64,000 nucleotides of DNA. It comes from Octopus vulgaris. Its lineage: Eukaryota. Below the pieces are notes generated by a model. That model saw nothing but the letters and a program-made list of their open reading frames with translations, had not been told where the DNA came from and made no database searches. Both the position numbers and the translations under genes were made by a program. This document shows positions 1-12,849 of the stretch, piece after piece (within the stretch, counting starts at the first letter, position 1; each line of letters starts with the position of its first letter). Location: the NCBI GenBank assembly GCA_951406725.2, contig OX597817.1, forward strand, positions 148,118,001 to 148,182,000. Reading direction: 5' to 3'.

Positions 1-179
1 TGTGGCATTTCAGTGTCATAGACAGCAATATTAAAGATGAAAATTGTCTTAATAACATTAGGAAAAATTTCTTCACGTCTTCTAACTTTTCATTAATGTC
101 TTTTGACGCTCCCATCTGGTTGTCATGTGACTGCAGTGTTCCAAACATAAATGCCTGCATGCATACATGCGTACATATA

Positions 180-181
180 CG

Positions 182-248
<67 letters not shown>

Positions 249-266
249 ATGTATATATATATATAT

Positions 267-343
<77 letters not shown>

Positions 344-347
344 TATA
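180..347. repeat. (TA)n microsatellite; source of the YIYI ORFs
   Basis: Direct dinucleotide run with occasional TG interruptions. Confidence 0.98.
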
Positions 348-481
348 GTAGTTGTATACTGTGAACTTAAAGTGACAGTCCCATGAAGGGAATCACCACA
401 CGCTTCCTGTCGGCCTTCACATATTTCTTGTGTCCTTATGTTTACAACGGGGAGACAAACATTCCCACCCAGCTTAGCCTG

Positions 482-530
482 CATCCATAGACTAGTTTCT
501 GAGTCTTGCTCGTCATCAGTCAGGAATAGC
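482..530 (-). ncRNA. Minimal type I hammerhead ribozyme-like motif (Penelope pLTR type), degenerate helix I
   Basis: Minus strand reads CTGATGA-cGAG-caaga-CTCa-GAAA-CTAG-TC; palindromic ACTAGT helix III, GUC site. Confidence 0.65.
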
Positions 531-963
531 ATGGCCTGCTAGCTGGAGATGCTTGTCTAGGCCTTGTAAACATATAAGAATTCTAGTGAAATAAATCCAC
601 TGATTACAAAAATAGAAATATTACAGTTCTAAATATCTCAGACAGATATTTCGAACTTCTCGCAGTTACTACAGAATGACATACAATTGTTTTGTGCATT
701 TCCTTGACTTCCAAAATCTACCCCAACACACTTTTGAGTGTGTGTGTGTGCGCGTGTTTGTGCGTGCGCGCGTAAGTTTACGTTCAGAAAGACAATTTGC
801 ACGCACGCACACACACACACACGACACACGTATATATGATTGATTGATTGATTGATTCCAGTTTCAGCTTATGAGCTGTGGCCATGCTGGGGCACCGATA
901 TATATATATATATACATACATACAAACCCACAAAAATTCATATACACCCGCGCATGGAGGCAG

Positions 964-1002
<39 letters not shown>

Positions 1003-2130
1003 CACACATGCACAAATTTATATATACTCGCGCGTGCACGAAGACACAGACACACAAACACACACGCACACATGCACATACACATACGCGTACACAAAAT
1101 ATTTCTACATAGAAATACACGTCGTGTGTATATATAGTTGTATGTATTTGTATGTATGGCCTGAATATATTTCTGAGTGGATGTCTGAATATTTATATAA
1201 TCCACGATGATTCTCTGAGAAACTGCCCCAGTGCCAAATTTATTGCCAAGAAACATTCTTAATTCCACTGCTATTATTTCAATCTGCATTTCTGTTCAGA
1301 AAGCAATGAAATTCTCACTTTGCATATATATAGTTAAATATACACTCTCTCCGTATTTGAATTGCATCCACCATGCTAACCTGACCTTTTTCAAATTATG
1401 GCGTCCATTTTTATATTTGCAACCTGTATACTTATTTGCAATGGCATCTTACTTATGATAGAAATAATAGCCGAATTATGTGTTTACAGTGAAATTAAAT
1501 AGACATGTATCATGAAATAAATACCTTACTTTTAATTACTATTAGCAGAGAATTTTCAGTACTGATTGCATCTTTACCACTTCTATGCTTCGTCGTATTG
1601 TGAAAATAGTCATTCTAACTACAGCTGCAATTATACAGTCGATTAGGCAGCATCACATAACCTTGTAATAAACGTCAGGCTAGTGTTCAAGTGTAAGTAA
1701 TTGTATGTAATTATTACATTGCCGCATATATATGTTTAGTGTGTGTTTGGTAGGAAAGCAAGAAATTGTGTTCAATTAAATAAGGAAGGAATATCATAGA
1801 AGTAACAGCGTCTATTAGTTTCTGTAGTACTTGGTAATTAAATGCAACCGCACTAATTACTATTTATCTAATTTCACAAAGCGCACATTTTATGGATTTT
1901 TAATTAAAGCTTATACGACTCATTGCATATGCTGGCCGTAGTTCAATATATAGTTCAATAAACTGATTGAGAACCAAAATCAGAGCAGTTTTGCTTACGT
2001 CTACACTTCAAATAACGCATATTCAGACATTTTATTGAAGATTTACAAATGTAACATATTTAGTCAGGTTCTAATCTGAATACTTTTTCATTATAGTTAA
2101 GACCTGTCGCATATATATATATATATATAT

Positions 2131-2456
2131 CATTTAGAGATAGTAGGCCCCTTCATCTCACCATATAAAAGACATTTCATTTAAATACTTACTACTTTAT
2201 AACTTGGTTACACGTGTTTCATGGGGTACATTTGCCGGTTCCTTAACCACACCGTGTTTTGCTGGAACCATTCATAAAATATAACCCCAATCATCAGGCC
2301 CCTATATCACTTTATCATAGTTTGATACTATAAACTATATTTTAATATGGTGAGATGAAGGGGCCTGCTATCTCTAAATGAAAATATATATTTTCTCATT
2401 GAGAATAATTTGAACCCCTGTTATGCGGGAATATTTGTTCCCTAAGAAATAAAATT
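2131..2456. mobile_element. ORF-free fold-back insert (inverted Penelope-type pLTR remnant) next to (TA)n
   Basis: Arms 2131-2170 and about 2341-2380 are reverse complements; tail on the right only; hammerhead core in the spacer. Confidence 0.7.
2203..2303 (-). ncRNA. Hammerhead ribozyme-like motif with extended helix II
   Basis: CTGATGA (2297-2291), TGGGGT...ACCCCA helix II, GAAA (2220-2217), ACACGTGT palindromic helix III, GUA site; helix I weak. Confidence 0.6.
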
Positions 2457-2460
2457 ATAT

Positions 2461-2694
2461 ATTCTCTTACTCTTTACTCTTTTACTTGTTTCAGTCAGTT
2501 GACTGCGGCCATGCTGGAGCACCGCCTTTAGTCGAGCAACTCGACCCCGGGACTTATTCTTTGTAAGCCCAGTACTTATTCTATCGGTCGCTTTTGCCGA
2601 ACCGCTAAGTGACGGGGACATAAACACACAAGCATCGGTTGTCAAACAATGCTTGGGGAACAAACACAGACACACAAACATACACACACACACA

Positions 2695-2756
<62 letters not shown>

Positions 2757-3090
2757 TAAAAAGAATTCCAACCTTGTCTGATTTTCACGTTTTATTTACA
2801 ATCTTATAATATATCATTATAAGATTGTAAATAAAACGTGAAAATCAGACAAGGTTGGAATTCTTTTTATTAATATATTCTTCTATACACAATCACACAC
2901 ACCCATATATATATATATATATACATATATGCGACGGGCTTTTTTCAGTTTCTGTCTAACAAATTAACTCACAAGACCTTGGTCGGCCCGAGGCTATAGT
3001 AGAAGACAATTGCCCAAGGTGCCACGCAGTGCGACTGAACCCAGAACCATGTGGTTGGTAAGCAAGCTACTTACCACACAACCACTCCTA
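2461..3090 (-). mobile_element. tRNA-headed SINE family A with internal microsatellite
   Basis: Same sequence recurs at 22630, 35673, 43632, 48335, 52920 and 58292; A/B-box-like head TGGTTGTGTGG...GGTTCAGTC. Confidence 0.85.
2748..2878. repeat. Perfect palindrome, about 63-bp arms and 5-nt loop, inside the SINE microsatellite
   Basis: 2748-2810 is the reverse complement of 2816-2878; loop ATATC. Confidence 0.95.
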
Positions 3091-3831
3091 TATATATATA
3101 TGTATATATGTATGTATATATGTGTGTGTGGATGTGTGCATGCATACATGTATGTATATATGTATTCATGTGTGCTCCTAAGAAACATAACTAAGCGAAG
3201 TGGGTCACGACTAATCTAGTTTGTATTATTATGATGTCGATTCTGTGCAACGTCTCTATTTAAATAACATAAAATTGTCAAATGAACTTGGTGCGTAGTA
3301 ATCAAATTCCGTTTATGACTCGTAGCTCTGCAGTGAAGTAAACAGTAAACGTTTTGTATGTACTATATATTATATGGCACTATATTATATTACACTATAT
3401 CATATTATATTCTGTTATATTATATATTATATTGCATTATATTATACTATACTGTATGGAAATATGTTATATTATAGTTTTTATTATATATTCCGTAGTG
3501 ATTAAATTATTATGTTTTGTTGTGTGTTTGTACACCATGCACGTGAAACGAAATTATCTGCTAAAGAAGTTTAGCAGTTATGCTGCACAACTAAGAAAAG
3601 AGAAACCAAGTTTGTTCCCTACGGAAACCCATGTTTGGCAATTGGTTTTATTCATTTTTCTTTAGATATTTCACTGTCTTGTATCCATAGGTTGATGGTT
3701 GTTGCAAAGATGACAATATTATGATTCCAATATCAAACTGCATAGACATAAGATATATTTAACTCAATACAGATAATAATTAAATAAATACGAGACATAG
3801 TTTACAATGGCAAAACTTAATTGAAACTCAC

Positions 3832-3902
3832 AACCGAATGCTGCTCTTGTGACTGGAACGGATTTACTCCCTCCGCTATACATACAATCATTCTTAACAC
3901 CA
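3832..3902 (-). other. Candidate 71-nt spliced exon
   Basis: Minus strand: GCTAAC branch-like site, pyrimidine tract, CCAG acceptor, then GTGAGT donor; open in two frames; no recognised protein. Confidence 0.35.
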
Positions 3903-4581
3903 CTGGAAGAAGTAAAACGAAAAAAAAGTTAGCATCCACCAAATTGATGTTGAATCGTTTACAAACAAACTCCTGCAACTCACGCAAAATAGTTATACTG
4001 TTTTTTCTACTGTTGGCGCTGCTTCTTGGTGCTGGCAAAGAAATGTAGTCATCTCCTCTGTCCAGGTATAGCTGATTTGCATGCTTCCTTTCCATTCGCA
4101 ATCCATAATTTTATTCTACCTTCGCTTCAGTCCTGCAATACGCTCAATCTTTACCTCTCAGAACAATACACCTCTGAAGTCCAAACTCTCGCCAGATCAT
4201 GGTTTTTCTCCTCGCATTAATAGAATTGTAAATAAAAGAAAAACAATACAGATTCTCACCAGCCTCGAGCCATGAATGCAATATCTTTCTGAAGACCGAG
4301 CTATTAAAATATATAACAAGCCAGCTATGTACTGAATAATATATAAATAGATTAATTGAAGAGCATCATATAAGATTCGCAGATACAATAACGTGAAAAT
4401 ACGGCACATTGCGGGAGTGATTAGCAAATTGAATAGCTTGCGTCGTAGCATTTGTTTCACCTCTCTTGAATCCGAGTTCAAATTCCACAGAGGTCAATAT
4501 TGTCTTATCACTTCGATATCGATAAAAAAAAACGTAATATCCAGTTCGAGTGAGATGAATGTTGTACTATTCATCTGTTTC

Positions 4582-4962
4582 AAGGCGGCGAGCTGGCAGA
4601 ATCGTTAGCACGCCGGGTGAAATGCTTAGCGGTATTTTGTCTGCCGTTACGTTCTGAGTTCAAATTCCGCCGAGGCCAACTATACCCTTCATCCTTTCAG
4701 GGTCGATTAAATAAGTACCAGTTACGCACTGCGTTCGTAATTGTCTGTCCTTGCTTGTCCACTCTGTGTTTAGCCCCTTGTGGGCAGTAAATAAATAGGT
4801 ATTTCGTCTGTCTTTACATTCTGAGTTTATATTCGACGGAGGTCAACTTTGCCTTTCATCCTTTCGATGAATTAAGTACCAGTTGCGTACTGAGATCGAC
4901 CTAATTGACTGGTCCCCTCCCCGAAAACTTCGGGCCTTGTGCCTACAGTAGGAAAGATTATT
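4582..4962 (+). mobile_element. tRNA-headed SINE family B, two-module form
   Basis: Head GGCGGCGAGCTGGCAGAATCG, B-box GAGTTCAAATTCC; module starting GTATTTCGTCTG present twice; relatives at 20133, 49604, 53058, 60805, 61040. Confidence 0.85.
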
Positions 4963-5185
4963 CATCTGTTTCGGTTCATTTCATTCTTTGTTCAATTTCG
5001 CCCGTCGAGAACAACAGCTATACGTTCGACACGGGTCCAAGTTATATTACGAAATATTCAACGGTTGAAGAACAGTAGCATCTCTGTGCGAGGAAACGTG
5101 CGAAGTGGATTACGATGCCGTGCTTCTTGAGAAATTTAAAGAAAAATTCAACGGACACTAGTTTGTTTATAACAATACTGTAAAC

Positions 5186-5508
5186 CAGAAGTTCTCAAGC
5201 CTTTTCGTCCACTGCCGTACCTCCTCATGACCACATAATACCCTAAGTGACACCATCCCAATTTTTATGCATAAACAAATATTTTATGTTTTTACTAATT
5301 CATATTTACTATGATTCATTTGACATTTGATATAATATCATATAATTTGTATACGATGCTATAATAATATTATAATAAATTCATAGCCTCCCCTGATCCG
5401 TTGCCTTCCATTCAATGCCTCCTTTTTCTCTATCGCTCCTCCCGCATCCACCAGCACACACCTCTCAACACCCACCGGGGGTGGTAGCTCTTAGTTTGAG
5501 AACCTATG
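5186..5508. mobile_element. hAT (Charlie-type) MITE
   Basis: Imperfect TIRs CAGAAGTTCTCAAGC / GTTTGAGAACCTATG with exact 8-bp TSD CTGTAAAC (5178-5185, 5509-5516). Confidence 0.8.
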
Positions 5509-5781
5509 CTGTAAACATTCTGCATAATAGTATTGCTATAAAGAAATCTTCTAATTATTAGCAGTAATACAGAGCAACTTGTATTTGTGTGCAGCAAATA
5601 AAAGACACGTGGAGAAAAGATTTACAGTTTAGTATTTACATTGGAGACGCATAACATGCAATAGATATATCGTCATGTTTATTATGCGGAGAAATACTGG
5701 GTGAAGTATTATCCATGAAAGCAACCATTCATCCACACACACACACACACACTCACACACACATACACACACACATACACA

Positions 5782-5820
<39 letters not shown>

Positions 5821-6063
5821 TGGAGGTGTGTATGAAAACTTTTGAGTCTCCAAGGCCTTTGAGCCTTGAAGTCTTGTACCTTCAGAAGTCTTGTACCATC
5901 TAGTGTTTTTTCTGGGCTATATAGCAGCGAATCCATCTAGGAATATCTGAAGAAGGAATATTATTTCGAAATATCATATCAGACTATGTATGACTAAATT
6001 ACAACAGGTATATAGTCCATTGTTTGTATTATAGTGCATTGTTGTACTATTCAAACCTTTTTA

Positions 6064-6118
<55 letters not shown>

Positions 6119-6122
<4 letters not shown>

Positions 6123-6251
6123 CTGCTCGCTTAGCCAGCGGGATGGCGTCATTTCGAGGCTAAAACAATGCGAAGCGCATTGTGACCAGCGATGTATAGC
6201 AACATCTGATAGCCTGGTCGGTCACGGTGATCACGGTGATCACCGTGATCA
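6119..6251 (+). mobile_element. Short retroposon 3'-end fragment between (TA)n tracts
   Basis: GC-rich island with hairpin ACAATGCG-AAG-CGCATTGT and repeated tail unit TCACGGTGA. Confidence 0.55.
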
Positions 6252-7904
6252 TATATATATATATATATACAGAGAGAGAGAGAGAGAGATTATGAATGTG
6301 TGTGTGTGTATTCCTCATCTCCCACTTCTGTTAGTGATCAACTGCAACCACACCTTTCTCCCTCTACCTTTGACCAATCTCGACCACTCCGTTTCTCTTA
6401 CTTACTCATCTCCACCACCTCAAAGTCAACTACCAAACTGAACTACCTGTATTACTATTCCTTCCGCTGACCTCAACTAAACCTCTTTTTTCTCCCTGGC
6501 AAACCTCCGCATCCCCAATGTCATCAAAATTTAACAAATCTAAATTTAAAACTATTTACAATTCACTGCACACCAGCGCTAAAACGCCCAGCTGTCTATA
6601 ACGAAATCCATAACATATATCCCATTCTTTGCTAGCAAGAATATGTACATACCGTGACGGCAACACTCGTTTATTAAAACCCATTCCAATCATAAAACCC
6701 CTGCTACAACCCCACCAACATCAAAAGCAGTTCGTAACCCTAAAATCTGCTGCTATTCTCAACACCAGTAATTATTTCTACAGCAAGAGTTATCTCCCCG
6801 GGACTTACGTACAACCGAAAACAATACTTCCACTCGTGACCCAAATCTCCATGAAATCATACCCTGTTGCAGTAGCATCGGTGTGGACTTTTCCCGATGT
6901 AGCACCGAAGGAGATCAAAAATAAAGAATATTTTCTCTGTTCGGCTGCTACTTTTTAATTTCTTCAATTTTGTTCCAATTGATTTCGAATTTGGTCTATT
7001 GAAGTAGTTTTGTATGCTTACTATTGAAATGAAATTCATTTTCGCCATAAATCAATAAATAAACAATTAATAGCATTTAAAGTTTGCAAATCTGGGTTAA
7101 TTTTAACCAATCGAACGCCACAGAGATATAAGTTCCTGTTTCCATGGTAACGAGCCAACCATTGGCACTGCCCTGTAAAATCCCATGTGTTTATGAAAAT
7201 CAAAATTATCTCTTTACACTTTTTTTCGAACTGGACAACAGTTTGTCTTTTCTCCTCTTAAAACTACAAAATCTGTTGTTTGCTCTTTTTTGGTCATTTT
7301 TCGCTTATTAAACGCTTTAAACACGTGCTATCATCGCAATATTGATAGTCTTGTTTTGTCGTTTTACGATTGCAGTCACGCACAAAATGACAGCTTCGAA
7401 ATTCTGTTTTCTGACACTTTAAACCTCTGTAACGTTTTACAGTCATTTTTTTCTGCAACAAGTGCATTAGACCCTGAGATATTAACACCACTACCGCAAA
7501 TTTTAAGATCTTAAAATTTCAGAGTACAGCCAAACAGAACAGATATCTGGAGAACATTTAGTAGAAACACTAACAAATCTGACAACAGTGCAGGAATTAC
7601 CCTCATCGCTGGCAATAAACCATAATTCTCTTTCGCACACTATTCTAGTCTCAACATTTTTGCTGAATGCACAAGACATCCGCCCATCCTTCAATTCAAA
7701 AGATGAAAGATTCAGTTCATTCAAAATAAGGTTGCCGACCACTGGGGCGAATTTTCATCTCGCTTTGATATTATTTTTTTTTTAACACACCACGTCTATA
7801 TGAGAAATTATCTCAGTTGAAGGGTGTATTTCAGCAGCGAAGTTGATACTTTCCCTTCGAGGTCTTTATAGGAACATATGTATGACACACGCACGCACAC
7901 ACAA

Positions 7905-7936
<32 letters not shown>

Positions 7937-7945
7937 ACACACACA

Positions 7946-8012
<67 letters not shown>

Positions 8013-8566
8013 CATTTGTATGTATTTTAAGGAAAATTGCTCAGGGATGGTCTCCATTAACGCACGTTTATCCTAATATTTTGTAGTGGAAATTATGAAA
8101 CTAGAGTTAATTAAATTTATAGCACTAGTGAGGTAAACAAATCACTAGTTTTATAATTAAGACCCCAAAAAGCAAAAGAGAATAGTCTGAAAAATGCCAA
8201 AGTGAATTGGCATTTAAAAGAAGGTCATGTATTTTGTGAATTTAAAACTGTACTTCATCATGTTGTCAATTTGTACAATTTCTACTCTTAATTGCTTTTA
8301 ATCCAATTAATCAAATTTATATAAAGACATAACAAAATTGTATCAGACTGCTAAATTTTTTAAAGATATTTCTTGTATTTTTTTTTGTTTATTTACCATT
8401 TTGGTTTAAAATATAATATAGAAATTCGCATACTTAGATAAGTAGATCGAAGGAAAAATATCTATGTGCCAAGGGAGAAGCAAAGAACAAAATGTAATAC
8501 AATACTCAAACTGTCTTTTGAAATATATATATATATATATACATATATGTATATATGTATGTATGC

Positions 8567-8624
<58 letters not shown>

Positions 8625-8848
8625 GTATATATATATATGTATATAGTACTTCCTGTGTGTACATTTAGGTGAACGACTGCTAATGGCGAGTTTAGAATTC
8701 GTTAAGTATCAAAGTATCATGATCCAGACTACTTATCCTGAAGTGGTGTGCTTAGACTGCACTTAGCAGTATTACAGGTTACATTGCACATAGCAAATGT
8801 ATAAAAGTATAAGAACAAGAGAATGCAAATAAACACAATGGCGAAACG

Positions 8849-10165
8849 TACGTGGGGAAGAGATGATATAAAACAGACGTCTTCAGTTAACGATTTTATT
8901 TATAATTAATCTCTAAATCAACTCTGTCTCCTTCAAAACAACTGTCTTAGGAATCTATACCACGCCCAAGACGCTGTAACCACACTTCACAACAGCGCTA
9001 GAACACGGAAACCAGAACGGCTTTAAGTTGGTCGGTGACAGACTTTTTCCATGTTTTCCAACGCCTTAAATGATACTCTTTGAGGTGAATTTTCAATATC
9101 GGGAAGAGGTTATCACACGGGCTCGTTCAGGCGAATACGGGAGCTGAGAGACAACCCTGTAATCGAAATCGCCGTGTGACAAGGCGCATTGCCGTGATGC
9201 AATACACCCAGATCTCTTTGATGTTTGGCATCACGCATGCAATGTGTTTTCGTAACCTTTCAAGAATTTTACTGTAAAAATCCTGACTGACAGTCTGTCC
9301 TTAAGACACAAGTTCTTTATTTACAACTCCATTACAGGAGTACGGTTTTAATATGCAAACGAGTATGGTTTTAATATTCGATTTGCTTATTCTCAATTTT
9401 TTGGGCCTCGGTGTGTTAGCAATCTGCCACTCCTGACTTCGGCGTTTTGTTTCTGGACCGCACTCAAAAATCCATGATTTATCACCCGTAATGACTCTTG
9501 AGAGAAAACCTGTGTCAATTTCAATCCATTCCAGGAGATCGCAGCACCATTTCTTCTTGTATTTTTGCTTAGAGGTGAGACTTTTGGGAACAAATTTTGC
9601 AGAAATTTTCCTCATTCCCAATTCGTTGACCAAAATCCGATGAACAGTAATATGTTTCACATTCAGCTTCTCTTCACTTTGATGGTCAAGAATCAACAAC
9701 ATGTCGTTAACAGTTGCATTCTGATGGTTAACCGACGGTCAAACCGCACGTTCCACATTTTAGTCATTTCTTGAAGTTGATAACCTTCCAGAGCAAGAGT
9801 TATTTTCAACTGGTTCTCAGCCTCGTAAAATGTCTTTGAAGCATCCGGAAACTTGTGCTCTTGATAAAGTAGTTTCGCCGTAAGATTGTTGAAGTATTTT
9901 ACAAGTTCCAGTGGCATTGTGTCCAAGTTTGGCATAAAAAAAAACTTGATCGCAGAGCATTGATCATTAGTGTAGCGGCTGATTTTCAGGACACATAAAA
10001 CAATATCACTTCGGAGAATGTGCACTCACAGTTCACCTCTAAGCAACAACTTTGTGCATCTTGCTCTGGAATTATAGGGGAAGTTGATGTTGATGTACCG
10101 CCGATGCCAGATCGAACACTATGAGACTAGTTTCGCATTATATCTTTTTATTTACAGATCACGTA
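8849..10165 (-). mobile_element. Degenerate mariner-family DNA transposon, about 1.3 kb
   Basis: ORF pieces LGMRKISAKFVPKSLT, VITGDKSWIF, SQEWQ...PRPKK and C-terminal CFEGD; many stops and frameshifts; TA at both ends, TIRs weak. Confidence 0.85.
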
Positions 10166-10186
10166 TATATATATAAACTCCAACAC

Positions 10187-10232
<46 letters not shown>

Positions 10233-10337
10233 TACTTTGATACAATAGAGCACTCAATATAAATTCAGTATATAATATTCTCATTGAATATATTTAAATA
10301 AATATTTACACACACACACACATACACACACACACAT

Positions 10338-10429
<92 letters not shown>

Positions 10430-10454
10430 ATGTGTACATATATACGTATGTATG

Positions 10455-10913
10455 TCATTGTCACCTTTTTTATTTCAAGATTTCTTGCCAATAGAGAAAA
10501 AGTCGGTTTCTAACCTAGATTCAGGGCTCCTTCATTGAAATTTCAACATCAACAACAGGGTATTTTTGTATGTATGTATGTATGTATGTATGTATATGTG
10601 CAGATTTGTATATGTTTTGTTTTATGTATGTATTCTAATGCATATAGTTGCATATCTAGGCATGTTCATATATATTTAAATGATAAACTTCTGGAAAGTT
10701 TTACAGATTTTTAGTTCTAGTAATGGATTGGATTTGTAGTCTTCGAATTAGCTTCCTCTTTTCTGGTTTTGCGAAGTCTAATTTCACAAGATTGGTATTT
10801 ATGCATTGTGTTGCATAACCCAGGGCCCCAATAATTACACGTATAAACCTGAACTTGTAATCTGCAGATTTCTCAATAGTTCAGCGTAATTCCGTTTTTC
10901 ACTTATCTTCAGC
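10455..10913 (-). mobile_element. 3' end of an R4/Dong-like LINE (REL endonuclease C-terminus plus 3' UTR)
   Basis: Minus translation YAELLRNLQ...FRFIRVIIGALGY...KICKTFQKF. Confidence 0.7.
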
Positions 10914-11572
10914 TATATATGTGTGTGTGTGTACTCGAACATGACTGATATTACGCATAAGGATTTGATTGGAAAATGCTAAAATACCGTATGTTTTGTT
11001 CCAACAGCGACGACGACAACACGATTTAATCCTACCGATTTCAAATAAGTGTTTGAAATAATAAACAAAATGAAAGCAATATTTTCCTGTCTTATATTCC
11101 ACCGTTATTTTATTTGACGTGACTGGGAGAAGCATTTACCTATCGATTAATCATTTTAGCATCAAACAACTGTGTTGTGTGGGCAGTGAAAGGAGGGGAG
11201 AGACTGCTTATCCAGACGAATTAGACATAATGTCATGTAATTAAACCTTTTGTAATTATCTTTATAGTGTGATTAGTCAATTTCATTTAACTCTACTCAT
11301 TTGATAGAGCTGTAAAATGAATTTAACTTAGTAGTTATATATTTGAAAAAGATAGCGTTCATTATACACTTTGAAAATATATATTATACAAACCTATACA
11401 ATATCATCTACGTTTGCAGTTCAATACATTTGAGACATAAAAACTGCAACATTATTTATCGTGTTTATTATGTCGCCTAGAACTGAGTTTAGTAAGTAAT
11501 ATTGTCTGTGAAATTAATTATACTGTCCTTATGGTAATTAAAGTATCAACTGCAATTGAAGGCTTCAAAATA

Positions 11573-11650
<78 letters not shown>
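11573..11650. repeat. (ATT)n microsatellite; start of a Dong cluster
   Basis: Direct trinucleotide run. Confidence 0.98.
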
Positions 11651-11654
11651 CATC

Positions 11655-11910
11655 ATTTAGTAGTTTAATTTTTATAGCGTGCTTTTACCTCACTACCGAG
11701 CGCAGCTCTGTGTGCCTTGGGTATGTGTTGTGATTTGTTGTGATGCTCTGATGGTTACTGCATTTAAAGTGTTTTGCGTAGGATGTGTGCAGTGCCCAGT
11801 AGTGCAATTTCCTGTATGTTATATATGTTTGTAAGTTCTGGTATTTTTGTTATGTATTTGTCTGAATATTTTTTTATCATACCTAATGCGCCAACTATGA
11901 TAGGGATTGT
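11655..11910 (-). mobile_element. R4/Dong LINE 3' fragment
   Basis: IPIIVGALGMIKK...IQEIALLGTAHILRKTL followed by 3' UTR and (TAA)n. Confidence 0.85.
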
Positions 11911-11921
11911 TTCTTCTCCTT

Positions 11922-11952
<31 letters not shown>

Positions 11953-11976
11953 TTATTATTATTATTATTATTATTC

Positions 11977-12014
<38 letters not shown>

Positions 12015-12574
12015 GAGTGAATGAGCAATGCATGCCATCGAAGTGACACTGGGGTAAAATATACGAAGCCCAGTATACCCATCATGTCTACCCGTCTGAT
12101 AAGGGTACACGAAACACATGCATCACAACCATATGTGCGTGATCTCATATAGGTGATCTCATATCAAGATAAACAGTGCAGGGCCTTGCAAGTGGGACCC
12201 AGTTAGAATTTTCTTCTGGTCGAGTAGTCCATCCCGCTCGAAAGGTCCCTGATAAGAGTTGTTTAAGAATGTTGAACGAAACTCCCATGTTTTCAGAAGT
12301 GAATTATTCAAACCCTAAAGAATCCCTCTCAACACATGGCTATGATGCTCCTCCACTACTTCTGCTCATGATCAGAGATGCACATATTGTCAGCCACTAT
12401 GGGACATGCTCAACTGATTGAGGTCAAACAACTGACAAGCAAATCTGTGGTATTGAGCAGAATATTTGCTGTAGCCCATCTTTTATACCAAGACAAAACA
12501 CTGTACGTGATAACACTTCCAATCAGTTAAGATCAGAAGCCACGAGAGCCACTGCCTGGTAGTGCAGCAGAGGA

Positions 12575-12575
<1 letters not shown>
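12015..12575 (-). mobile_element. About 560-bp non-coding element embedded in (TAA)n; probable non-autonomous Dong partner
   Basis: (ATT)n on both sides, no credible ORF, first 47 nt or so match 62297-62343. Confidence 0.6.

Positions 12576-12849
<274 letters not shown>

Noticed and set aside
1200-1236. Hammerhead-like CGATGA...GAAACTG...CAGTG
   Set aside because: Core altered, site would be GUG, and no helix I
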